From contig OZ251219.1 in the NCBI GenBank assembly GCA_965240465.1, positions 896,001 to 960,000 of the forward strand: 64,000 bases of DNA, given 5' to 3'. The translations under genes and the position numbers were made by a program. Positions 9,781 to 19,057 of the stretch are shown one piece after another (position 1 is the stretch's first letter; each line of letters opens with the position of its first letter). The notes under the pieces were generated by a model. That model saw only the letters and a list, made by a program, of their open reading frames with translations. It was not told where the DNA came from and did no database searches. Source of the stretch: a bacterium (GTDB lineage: Bacteria > SAR324 > JACQKK01).

Positions 9781-12249
9781 CTAGGGATTACTGGTACACT
9801 GAACGAAATCGGTGGGTTGCTCGCAGAGTAACTCACCCTCAATTTGGATAGAGTCGCCATCGGCGTCAGTACCTTCTGTCTTATAAGACCTGAGGCTGGG
9901 GTATTGGGTATCTGTGCCAAAATTCCAGTCGAATTCATTCCAGCCGTTATCGTCGCCTGTAAAGTCACCTTCGGTGATGTCGGCAGTCAAGGCTTTTAGT
10001 TCGGTGCTGGTTTTGCCAAGCCCCTCGGCGTCGGTATAGGTTGATACGCTCTCAGCACCCTCAAGTTGACCCTCATTATTATAGTAGTTGCGGGCAAGAA
10101 ATGTACTTGTACCAGATCTCTCGCCGATCAAGTAGCCAACATTGTCATCACCAACACCACCATCAACATCGCCTAAGACATAACTATTTGAGGCATAACT
10201 ATTACCAAAAAAACCTCCCGCCAAGCCACCTACATAGTCATCACCAGCACCGCCAGTAGCATTACCAGCGGCATAGCTGTCTAGGATGGTGCCGTACCTA
10301 TCATCACTGCCGGTGTAATTACCACCCACCAAGCCACCTACGACACTATTGCCAGAACCATCAGTAACATTGCCAGCGGCATAGCTATTATAGATGTTGC
10401 CAGCATTACCACCCACTAAGCCACCCACACTGTCATCACCAGCATTGCTTTTAGTATTGCCAGCGGCATAGCTATTTCCGATGGTGCCACCATTATAACC
10501 CACCAAGCCGCCTACATAGTCACTACCATCACCGCCATTAACAGTGCCAGTGGCAGAGCTGCTTTGGATGTTGTTGTAATTACCACCCACTAAGCCACCC
10601 ACATTGTCATTACCAGCACCGCCAACAACATTGCCAGTGGCAGAGCCATTTTTGATGGTGCCAGCACTAGCACCCACTAAGCCACCTACAAGGTCATGAT
10701 CACCATCGCCGGTAGTAACCGAGATCCCCGTAATAGAAACATCGGATATTACTCCAACATTAGCAGCGGCTAGAACTCCTACATAGTTGGGATAGTCTTG
10801 GGTGCCACCAACATAGTTACTGGTAACTGAACCTGTTGCAAAGGACAAGTTCCGTACCTTGCTACCAGAAGCCAAGAACACAAAGAAGCCCGCGTTTCTG
10901 GTGTTAGCGTCAGTGACAATGACTAGGTTGCTGATGGTATTGTCATTGCCTTCTAAGATAGCGATAAAACTACCCGTAATGGGTTCAAAGTTGGCGGATA
11001 GCAAGTCAATATCATTGGCTAATTCATAGCCCTTGCAAGCTGGACCTGAACCTGTATCTCCACAGCCCGCATTAGAGCCTTGATCACTGGCACTTTCTTT
11101 ATAGCGGCTACCCTCCAGCTGGTAGCGGATGTTTTTTAGCTCATCAGCAGTGGCAATTTCTATCAGACCGTTGTTGTCGTCATCTACATCTTCTGTGTCT
11201 TTACAGCCGTCGTTGTCGGTATCGAGACCGACGGTGCCAATTGTGCCTCTGGGACAAGCGTCATTAGTATCTATTTTGCCATCATCGTCATCATCGTCAT
11301 CCGCTGAATTTTTTTCACCATCCTTGTCAAGGTCAATATCTTCGTCGGTGCCATCTTCACAGCCGTCGCCATCAACGTCGTTGTTAACGCCGTTGACAAT
11401 AGTACCACTGACGAAACCGGTACTATTTATACATTTGTCGTTGGCATTGCCATTTGTCACACCGTTGACCCCATCATTATCGCTATCAATGGTGGAGTCG
11501 TCGCAGCCGTCGTTATTATCATCGGTATTGAAGCCGTCAAAAGGGCATTTATCGTTAGCACTGCCGTCTGCACCGACACCGTTGACCCCATCATTATCGC
11601 TATCGGTAGTGGAGTCTTCGCAGCCGTCGGTATTATCATCGGTAGTGAAGCCGTCAAAAGGGCATTGATCTAGCTTGGTGCCGTCTGCATTAAGATCGTT
11701 GACGGTATCATCGTCGTCATCTTCGTCTTCGCCAGCATCTTCGCAACCGTCGCCATCGTAGTCGTTGATAGCTGCGGGATCGCCGGTGCTAACGCTGATA
11801 AAGCCGGAGGTTTCGCTGGTGCGGCATTTGTCTAGCTCGCTGCCGTCTGCATTAAAATCGTTGACAGTATCATTGTCGTCATCTTCGTCTTCGCCAGCAT
11901 CTTCGCAGCCGTCGTCATCGTAGTCGGTGGTTCTATCGCCGCTGAGGAAGCCTTTGGGGCTTTTTTCGCAGTCATCAACAGCATCTTCTTTGTTATCATT
12001 GTCGTCATCGGTGTCTTCACCGTCATCTTTGCAACCGTCTCTATCGTAGTCGTTTTCGGGGGTACTGACGAATTTCTTATCAGCACTAGGGGAGCATAGG
12101 TCTAACACGTTGCCTTCTTCATCAAAATCAGGGACGTTGTCGCCATCGGTATCAAGAGGCTTGCTACTGATACCTCCTCCACTAATGCCACAGCTGGCTA
12201 GGAAAAGAGTGATAACAAAAATGCTTGAGAGTAATGATAATTTTCCCAC
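9781..12249 (-). CDS. Surface lipoprotein with TSP3-like repeats and GLUG-motif domain
   Basis: Paralog; long blocks near-identical to 6735..9485 and 205..1965. Confidence 0.85.
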   Translation of the reverse strand: MGKLSLLSSIFVITLFLASCGISGGGISSKPLDTDGDNVPDFDEEGNVLDLCSPSADKKFVSTPENDYDRDGCKDDGEDTDDDNDNKEDAVDDCEKSPKGFLSGDRTTDYDDDGCEDAGEDEDDDNDTVNDFNADGSELDKCRTSETSGFISVSTGDPAAINDYDGDGCEDAGEDEDDDDDTVNDLNADGTKLDQCPFDGFTTDDNTDGCEDSTTDSDNDGVNGVGADGSANDKCPFDGFNTDDNNDGCDDSTIDSDNDGVNGVTNGNANDKCINSTGFVSGTIVNGVNNDVDGDGCEDGTDEDIDLDKDGEKNSADDDDDDDGKIDTNDACPRGTIGTVGLDTDNDGCKDTEDVDDDNNGLIEIATADELKNIRYQLEGSRYKESASDQGSNAGCGDTGSGPACKGYELANDIDLLSANFEPITGSFIAILEGNDNTISNLVIVTDANTRNAGFFVFLASGSKVRNLSFATGSVTSNYVGGTQDYPNYVGVLAAANVGVISDVSITGISVTTGDGDHDLVGGLVGASAGTIKNGSATGNVVGGAGNDNVGGLVGGNYNNIQSSSATGTVNGGDGSDYVGGLVGYNGGTIGNSYAAGNTKSNAGDDSVGGLVGGNAGNIYNSYAAGNVTDGSGNSVVGGLVGGNYTGSDDRYGTILDSYAAGNATGGAGDDYVGGLAGGFFGNSYASNSYVLGDVDGGVGDDNVGYLIGERSGTSTFLARNYYNNEGQLEGAESVSTYTDAEGLGKTSTELKALTADITEGDFTGDDNGWNEFDWNFGTDTQYPSLRSYKTEGTDADGDSIQIEGELLCEQPTDFVQCTSNP

Positions 12250-12543
12250 TGAGATTTCTCCTATTTGTTAAGTTCAATGATATGGAGTAACATAAATCGT
12301 CGTAAATCGACACACTCTAGGGCATAAAACAACCCCAGCTAGCCAGTGCTACACTATAAATTATCTAATGTCAAGCTTTAATTGTTAACACACTAAAAAA
12401 GTCAGCCAGAACTTCATTGGCGATAAGTTTATCAAGTGCTTAAAAGAGCAACACTCAGTTCCCAAAAAGAAAAAGGGAGTGAGTTAATACTCACTCCCAA
12501 ATGCTCGGCTGCCTTTTTCAAGCAGTCGGGGGAGGGGTCTAGC
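12250..12543. repeat. Intergenic cassette, copy 3 of 3
   Basis: Near-identical to 6440..6734; poly-G tract interrupted by an A. Confidence 0.95.
12464..12498 (-). terminator. Rho-independent terminator
   Basis: Same hairpin and U-tract as 6652..6686. Confidence 0.85.
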
Positions 12544-13524
12544 CTAGGGATTACTGGTACACTGAACGAAATCGGTGGGTTGCTCGCAGAGTAAAACACC
12601 TGCGATTTGGGTGATCACGGGGGGGGTGCTGGTATCAGTGGTAGTCTTATAAGACTTGAGGGTGGGATAGAAGCCAGCTTGGAATTCCCAGTTGAAAGCG
12701 TTCCAGCCAGCTAGATTACCAGAAGTACACGATGATGCAGTACCATCCCAAGTTCCCCCAGCTGCTTCGCAAGCAGCCTGATTATCAACCTGGGCCGGCA
12801 ACAACCGAGATCCCCGTAGAAACACCCGATATTGTTCCATTATTTCTGCCTGCCAGAACCCCTATACTGCTGGGGTTAGAGTTACTGCCACTGTACGTAC
12901 TGGTACTGAACCTTCTACAAAGGACAAGCTTTGTACCGTGCTACCAGATGCCAAGCCTGTAAAGAGACCAGAATATCTGATATTATTGGCCACAACAAGG
13001 TTTCTGATGGTATTGCCATTGCCTTCTAAGGTAGCGGTAAAATGCTCGCTTTTGCTACCGATGGGATCCCAGTTTTTAGTGGCAGAGCCAGTCAGATCTG
13101 CTAGTCTGATGTCCTGAGCTAGTTCATAGCCCTTGCAACCTACGGGATTAGTAGTAGGACAGCCTGCGTTAGATGAACTATTGCCATCATTATAATGAGT
13201 GCCTGCCAAATTATGGCGGATGTTGTTTAGCTCCTCAGCAGTGGCAATATCTATTAGACCATCGTTGTCGTCATCCACGTCAGTGACGTCTAGGATGGTG
13301 TCATTATCGTCCTCGTCTGAGTCTCGGCAGCCGTCGCCATCATGGTCGGTGGTGCTACTGCTGATGAAGTTCTCGTCAAGGCTATTTTCACACAAATCCT
13401 CGCTGTCAAAGATACCATCGGAATCGGTATCAGTAGTGTTAATAGCTCCACCCCCGCTACCCCCGCAGCTAGCTAAAAATAGAGCGAAAATACAAGCCGA
13501 AATTAAGGATAACCTGCTCATCAA
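12544..13524 (-). pseudogene. Disrupted TSP3-like/GLUG lipoprotein paralog
   Basis: N-terminal ORF 12862..13524 frameshifts near 12905 (the other frame continues TSTYSGSNSNPSSIGVLAGRNNGTISGVSTGISV); the GLUG repeat block is then missing and the family C-terminus (LLCEQPTDFVQCTSNP) lies in ORF 12544..12840. Confidence 0.85.
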
Positions 13525-13664
13525 AAGGCCTCCAGTTTAATAGTGGTGAATTTAACATTGTGAATTTAACGCGGCGAGATGCTGGCTAAAAAGCCCCGAC
13601 CAAGCATCCTAGCCCCGCTGGGATACCACGATTTAACTCTGTGTCAAACTTTCTTGTGGGGATA

Positions 13665-13847
13665 TTATTGCTTTTTAGGGCTGATTTTATCAGTTTTGCT
13701 GGTTTTTTTGGTTTCCTTGAGGTTCTTACGGAAGTTGGTGATCATCTTTCCCATGCCATCCCCTATTTGAGGTAGGCGGGAAGCTCCGAACACCACTACT
13801 ACAATCATCAAGATGATAACTAATTCTTGTGTTCCTAGTCCGAACAT
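13665..13847 (-). CDS. tatA: Twin-arginine translocase TatA/E subunit
   Basis: MFGLGTQELVIIL..VVVFGASRLPQIG..MGK.I.NFRK signature. Confidence 0.93.
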   Translation of the reverse strand: MFGLGTQELVIILMIVVVVFGASRLPQIGDGMGKMITNFRKNLKETKKTSKTDKISPKKQ

Positions 13848-13973
13848 GTTTTATCCTTTGGTGATAGATGATACTAGACAATGTTATTAAGGTTTGCAAC
13901 GGTAATGGCAAATCGCTGATTTTACGGTTTGGCGAGTGTATTTTCACATCATTGCATAGATGAGTTTATCATG

Positions 13974-14065
13974 GCAACCTGCCGAGCAACCTGCCGAGCA
14001 ACCTGCCGAGCAACCTGCCGAGCAACCTGCCGAGCAACCTGCCGAGCAACCTGTCCGAGCAACCT
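13974..14065. repeat. 12-bp tandem repeat GCAACCTGCCGA, about 7.5 copies
   Basis: Directly visible just upstream of the phosphatase gene. Confidence 0.95.
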
Positions 14066-14075
14066 ATCTATTTAA

Positions 14076-15113
14076 TTGGTTCTTATGGTTATAGGTAAAA
14101 ACATGTTAAGACGCATATTTGGGGTCATTAAAATACGAATTATTTGGTACTCAATAGGCGTTCTGTTGCTTTTGATGGGGTTGCTGATCGGAATGCTGGT
14201 TTTTTGGATGTTGTCGGATGTTGATTGTTTTAGGGATGGTGGCAGAGTAGAGATACCACCATCTTTGAATGATGTTTCAGGGTCGGTAAGGTTACTGGCA
14301 TTAGGAGATGTTGGTAGCGGTGATGTGCATCAGCATCGGTTGGCACAGACCATGGGGAAGGTTTGCGAGCAGCGTGGTTGTGATGCGGCATTGTTACTGG
14401 GCGATAATTTTTATCCTAATGGAGTAAAAGATGTAGACGATCCGCAGTGGAAGAGCACTTTTGAAGATGTTTATGCGGATCTCGGGATACCTTTTTTTGC
14501 GGTGTTGGGGAATCATGACACTTATCAGTCTGGAACGGCTCAGATTGAGTACACTGGGCATAGTGATTGGTGGTATATGCCTGATTATCATTATGATTTT
14601 CGTTTAGGGTCGGTGCAGGTTTATGCTAGGAACAGCAATTGTAGTATTTTCACTTGGGGTCGTACTCCACGGGTATGGCCGCCGGTGCGGTCTGCTGATT
14701 CTCCTTGGGTGATAGTGATGGGACATCACTCTATCTATAGTACGGGTTCGCATAATGATGCTGATATTCTTAGCATTTACTGGTGGCGTCAGAAATGGGA
14801 TCCTCACACCGATATTCTTCTCACTGGACACAATCATGTTTTGGAGTCTCTCACTCGTCCTCCAGAGAGGACGCTCCATCTGGTTTCTGGGGCTGGGGGC
14901 AGACTAGGGGGGAGGCCCTATAGGGTTCGTGATGCCAAAGGGAGGATAAAGCCTCTACTCTCCTCTGTTGCCGACAGCGAATTTATGTACCGAAGTAGCA
15001 CTGGATTTATCTGGTTGGAGTTCACCTCCGATGAGGCCAGGATCATCTTTTATGGCAAAGATGGGCAGATACTCCATCAGCAGCGTTTGAGGAAACCAGC
15101 AGAGGCGGGATAA
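14076..15113 (+). CDS. Calcineurin-like metallophosphoesterase (purple/tartrate-resistant acid phosphatase-like); start probably ATG 14103
   Basis: GDVG, GDNFY, GNHD, GHH and GHNH metal-binding motifs; N-terminal hydrophobic segment. Confidence 0.9.
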   Translation: MVLMVIGKNMLRRIFGVIKIRIIWYSIGVLLLLMGLLIGMLVFWMLSDVDCFRDGGRVEIPPSLNDVSGSVRLLALGDVGSGDVHQHRLAQTMGKVCEQRGCDAALLLGDNFYPNGVKDVDDPQWKSTFEDVYADLGIPFFAVLGNHDTYQSGTAQIEYTGHSDWWYMPDYHYDFRLGSVQVYARNSNCSIFTWGRTPRVWPPVRSADSPWVIVMGHHSIYSTGSHNDADILSIYWWRQKWDPHTDILLTGHNHVLESLTRPPERTLHLVSGAGGRLGGRPYRVRDAKGRIKPLLSSVADSEFMYRSSTGFIWLEFTSDEARIIFYGKDGQILHQQRLRKPAEAG

Positions 15114-15114
15114 T

Positions 15115-15455
15115 ATCTACCACCGATGCGAGGATCTACCACCGATGCGAGGATCTACCACCGATGCGAGGATCTACCACCGATGCGAGGATCTACCACC
15201 GATGCGAGGATCTACCACCGATGCGAGGATCTACCACCGATGCGAGGATCTACCACCGATGCGATGGAGGTGAAAGCTCTTTCGGATCATTATTGCAGGG
15301 GGGCTATATCTTTTTGGGGGGATGCGAGGATCTACCACCGATGCGATGGAGGTGAAAGCTCTTTCGGATCATTATTGCAGGGGGGCTATATCTTTTTGGG
15401 GGGATGCGAGGATCTACCACCGATGCGATGGAGGTGAAAGCTCTTTCGGATCATT
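15115..15455. repeat. Nested tandem repeat: 19-bp ATCTACCACCGATGCGAGG x7 followed by an 82-bp unit x2.6
   Basis: Directly visible; 82-bp units start at 15239, 15321 and 15403 and each contains the 19-mer motif. Confidence 0.95.
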
Positions 15456-15481
15456 CAGGGGGGGGGGTATTGCGGGGGGTG

Positions 15482-15694
15482 CTATAGGTATTGCCCAGTG
15501 CGTTCACGTTCTCGGCGGGCTTCTCGGCGGCGCATTTTTTCTGCTTGGGCACGCTTGATACGCTTAGCCAGCGAAGGTTTAATGTTAAATTTTCGCCTAC
15601 TTAATTCTCTAAAAAGTCCCTCTTTGATCAGCTTTCTTTTTAGATCTCGGATGGCACGTTCTATTTGCTCGTTGACTACTTTTATTTGGGTCAT
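15482..15694 (-). CDS. rpsU: 30S ribosomal protein S21
   Basis: 70 aa MTQIKVVNEQIERAIRDLKRKLIKEGLFRELSRRKFNIKPS..., typical bS21 pattern; start reassigned to ATG 15694. Confidence 0.9.
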   Translation of the reverse strand: MTQIKVVNEQIERAIRDLKRKLIKEGLFRELSRRKFNIKPSLAKRIKRAQAEKMRRREARRERERTGQYL

Positions 15695-15836
15695 AGGGAA
15701 GGATTTATCTTTCATTCTAAGGCTAAGATGCTCTGCGATTAAACTCACATTATTTGGTAGAAATGCAAGGCTTATTTTATATTTTATCAACAAGTAAGGT
15801 GCTATTTTTTCCTATGGGGTCGGTTAATTAACACAG

Positions 15837-17846
15837 CTAGGGCTTTTTGTGTCCGTAGAATCGGATGCCCCACTCGGTTACTTGGTGGGTTGATTCAGCC
15901 AATAGATCCGCGATTTTCAGGGTCCAGTTGCCATTGGGGGTTTCTCCTAGGTGGCGGGCGGAACCGAATTCTACCTCAGTGGGAGTTGTAAAACTGCAGA
16001 TAATCAATACTTTAGATTTGTTAAAACAAAGATGTGTCTCAGCTAAGATGCTGGTTGTATGTGTGGGTGAGGTGAGCGATATTTGCAAATTGCCGTAGTA
16101 TTCTCCACTCAATTTTATGGTGATTTCTAGATATTCAATGAAATCCAGGGTTGGGTTCAGCTCGGCTACGGTGAGGATGCTGGTTATTCCTGATGGTTGG
16201 TTATCGGGGATGTTTTGCTCATCTTTTGGGATTATCACCGAGTATCCTTCTGCTTTCACCATGGGACCTACATTGTTCCAGTTATGGGCTTTTTTGACCG
16301 CGGCTTCAGCATCAACGAGTCCGAAGCCGTACTGGTGATTGTGATGGTAGGGTGTTTCTGAGTATTCACTACCAGTATAGCTATTGGCTCCATCAAACCA
16401 TCCTGTGTGGCTGGGTTCTATTTTGCGAGCGGTAGCTGCCATGATCAGTCGTACATCTCTCCAGCCCAATCGGGGATTGATAGAACGCATTAAAGCGGCT
16501 ACTCCAGACACGATAGGAGCAGACCCAGATGTACCACTAAAGGTATCTGTATAATCTGTAGGGTTATAACCCATCTCGCCAGGGATATCGGTGGTGACCA
16601 GTCCTGTTGAGCCGATACCATCTCTTGATAGTCCACAAATCCATAGGTTGGCACCCATTTCCGAATAAGTAGCTCGGGAGCCATTATAGTCAACTGCACA
16701 AACGGTAGTTACTCCATGATACTTGGTACGAGCACGGTAGTTGGAATTGTTAGCCCTAAGACCTTTAATCAGGTGATTATTACCTGCTGAAAGGACGTAA
16801 AAAATTCCCTTACCATCGTAGCCAGTTTGGATTCCTTCATCAATGGCAGCCTTCCAGCTACTGGGAGTAGGGACGAAAGTTCCTATGGGAGTACTCCCCC
16901 AGCTATTGTTGGAAACCGCGGTTTCCAGTTTGTGTCTTAGCATGGCATCAACATAATTACCTTTGAGACTCTCTAGCAGATTAAGCCCAAAAAACTTGGA
17001 ATCAGGAGATACTCCGATGACTCCCAGACCATTATCCTTTGCAGCTACTATTAAACCAACTACCGCAGTTCCATGTTCCGATGCACCCTTATTAGCGGGT
17101 TCATGGGGGTCGTTGCCCTTACTTACGTAATTATAACTATACCCATCCTTATGATTAGCACTTAAATCGGGGTGTGATATTATTACCCCGTCGTCAACCA
17201 CGGCTATCAACACCTGAGACAACACCTGAGAACTTCCCTCAATGATCTGCCAGGCCTCGGGAGCATTGATGTCAACATCATTTTCATTATGCAAGTGCCA
17301 CTGAGCCGAGTACAAGGGATCGGCATTGCCAATAACCGTAGGCGAATTCACCACTACCTCAATACCACTGGTGCAGTGGGTGACTTTTGTTAAACAAGCT
17401 CCATAATAATATGTCCCTGGGATGGATCTGTCCCTACGGGGAGTGGTATCTCTTTTGGTACCATTAGCACCGATGCTGCTGAAGAGTACCCCGTCTAATA
17501 GGGTGTCCCTATGAGTGATTTTGTCATTAATGGAACGATAATAGGAAATATCCGCGGGAATGGGTTTGTTGGTGCGATTCCTTACATCCACCGAAAGGGT
17601 AATTCTACTATTAAAGTCAAATGTTGCTGGAGTAACCGATAGGTTTTCCAGTACTAAATCAGTCAGTGGCTCAGGAGGTTCAGGAGGCCCAGGAGGCTCA
17701 GGAGGATCTACGATAGTGGCTTCTTTAGTCCCTCCAGACTCCGAACCCTCGCTTTTGCTACACTGAGAAAGCCACAAAGACGACAATAAAACCACACTCA
17801 GCGACCAAAATAAGCGGTGGCAAGCGTATTTGGTAAGAAACGACAT
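15837..17846 (-). CDS. Kexin/furin-like S8 serine protease, putative lipoprotein, with CARDB-like and P-domain
   Basis: VVDDG, HGTAV, SAGN and GTSGSAP catalytic motifs; LGWRDV, YGFG; P-domain ending WGIRFYG; signal ending LSQC. Confidence 0.92.
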   Translation of the reverse strand: MSFLTKYACHRLFWSLSVVLLSSLWLSQCSKSEGSESGGTKEATIVDPPEPPGPPEPPEPLTDLVLENLSVTPATFDFNSRITLSVDVRNRTNKPIPADISYYRSINDKITHRDTLLDGVLFSSIGANGTKRDTTPRRDRSIPGTYYYGACLTKVTHCTSGIEVVVNSPTVIGNADPLYSAQWHLHNENDVDINAPEAWQIIEGSSQVLSQVLIAVVDDGVIISHPDLSANHKDGYSYNYVSKGNDPHEPANKGASEHGTAVVGLIVAAKDNGLGVIGVSPDSKFFGLNLLESLKGNYVDAMLRHKLETAVSNNSWGSTPIGTFVPTPSSWKAAIDEGIQTGYDGKGIFYVLSAGNNHLIKGLRANNSNYRARTKYHGVTTVCAVDYNGSRATYSEMGANLWICGLSRDGIGSTGLVTTDIPGEMGYNPTDYTDTFSGTSGSAPIVSGVAALMRSINPRLGWRDVRLIMAATARKIEPSHTGWFDGANSYTGSEYSETPYHHNHQYGFGLVDAEAAVKKAHNWNNVGPMVKAEGYSVIIPKDEQNIPDNQPSGITSILTVAELNPTLDFIEYLEITIKLSGEYYGNLQISLTSPTHTTSILAETHLCFNKSKVLIICSFTTPTEVEFGSARHLGETPNGNWTLKIADLLAESTHQVTEWGIRFYGHKKP

Positions 17847-17965
17847 GGCAAAATATAGGCAATCCAGTTACTGAGTTATACAATGAATAAGTGACGGATG
17901 TCAATAATCGCCATTTTTAGCCGTTTAAGAAATAGATTAAACATGGTATGCTGGAAGAACATTCT

Positions 17966-18120
17966 GACGCAAATGAGAGTGCAAAAGCAGGGGACGCAAA
18001 TGAGAGTGCAAAAGCAGGGGACGCAAATGAGAGTGCAAAAGCAGGGGACGCAAATGAGAGTGCAAAAGCAGGGGACGCAAATGAGAGTGCAAAAGCAGGG
18101 GACGCAAATGAGAATGCAAA
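17966..18120. repeat. 27-bp tandem repeat GACGCAAATGAGAGTGCAAAAGCAGGG, 5 full copies plus a partial
   Basis: Directly visible in the divergent intergenic region; no spacers. Confidence 0.95.
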
Positions 18121-18282
18121 TGGAAATTCAAGTGATGCCTCTGATTTGGTGCTAGATGCCGATGGTGTAGGTCTAATATGTGGCTATCGGATAAAAAACC
18201 ATGATTTTCTTGCTTTCTTGACAATTTATGTGTGATACTCACCGCAGGAACCTTTGTACCATTGCTTGACCTCCTAGGAGAA

Positions 18283-18999
18283 ATGTATATGTTTGCTATT
18301 GTAACAAGAAAAAATCAGCATCGCAGAGGTATATTGATGGGACTAGTTGCTCTGGTCTTTGCCCTTGCCTTTGTCTTGCCTTTGGCGTCAACGGCTTGGT
18401 CGCAGAAGATCAAGACAGGAGATCTGGCAGAACTGAAAAAGCAAATCCTGAAAAGGGAAAAGGCTGAGGCAGAAGCTCGTGCTTTGTCCAATGAGCCAGA
18501 ACCAGAGCCCCTCTATTGGTACGATGGCGATGAACGCCGCACAGTATTTGTAGACAACAGATACTATGCAATTTTTCGCAGTGGAGACTCCGTCAAGGAA
18601 CGCACTCAGCCGCCTAGTTTGGGTCAAGGTGAAGAAGTAGTTGTTTCAAATGCTTTTGTGTCTATTGTAAAGAAAGGCAACTCAGAAGCACAAACTCAAA
18701 GCACTTATGACGATAGTCACGATCTTGTTTTTAGTAATCAATATGGTCAATTGCTAGCTCTGCCCGGGGGGGTACTTTTGTTCTTTAACAAAAATATAAC
18801 AGATGCAGAAATTGAACGATTCTTCGTCTCTAAAAACATCCCTAGTAGTCAGTACAAGAAAAACCCCGACATGAGAAACTTCTATGTGGTGGAAACAGAA
18901 CCCGGATTGCCATCACTTGAATTGGCCAACAAACTGAAGCTTTCCCCAGAGTTGTTTATCTCCAGTCCTAACTGGTGGCAAAAATATGAACTGCATTAG
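18283..18999 (+). CDS. Secreted protein resembling a stand-alone subtilase prodomain / external chaperone
   Basis: AGGAG RBS before ATG 18283; signal peptide ending AWS; C-terminal ~80 aa (PGGVLLFF...YVVET..LELANKL..SPELFISSPNW) resembles the pattern of S8 propeptides; first gene of the protease array. Confidence 0.6.
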   Translation: MYMFAIVTRKNQHRRGILMGLVALVFALAFVLPLASTAWSQKIKTGDLAELKKQILKREKAEAEARALSNEPEPEPLYWYDGDERRTVFVDNRYYAIFRSGDSVKERTQPPSLGQGEEVVVSNAFVSIVKKGNSEAQTQSTYDDSHDLVFSNQYGQLLALPGGVLLFFNKNITDAEIERFFVSKNIPSSQYKKNPDMRNFYVVETEPGLPSLELANKLKLSPELFISSPNWWQKYELH

Positions 19000-19057
19000 A
19001 TAAAATGCTGGCATCAATCTGGAACTTATTTAATCGATTGATGGACGAAAATGGTGG

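Noticed and set aside
6620-9968. ORFs 6620..6889 and 9720..9968 as poly-C phase-variable genes
   Set aside because: They are alternative frames overlapping the 3' ends of real genes and run into the terminator hairpin; no independent coding evidence
1286-11668. Ser-rich plus-strand ORFs (1286, 5031, 8188, 11129) and MTASLP-type alternative-frame ORFs
   Set aside because: Antisense or shifted-frame shadows of the Asp-rich repeats of the real lipoprotein genes
15115-15455. Possible CRISPR array
   Set aside because: Units are head-to-tail and the longer intervening segments are identical; no unique spacers and no cas genes
15695-15793. N-terminal extension of S21 in the ORF track
   Set aside because: bS21 similarity begins at MTQIKV (ATG 15694); the upstream part is likely untranslated
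17937-18242. 27-bp array as a CRISPR, or ORFs 17898..18155, 17937..18242 and 17948..18235 as genes
   Set aside because: No spacers; the ORFs exist because the 27-bp unit is stop-free in several frames, and they lack other support
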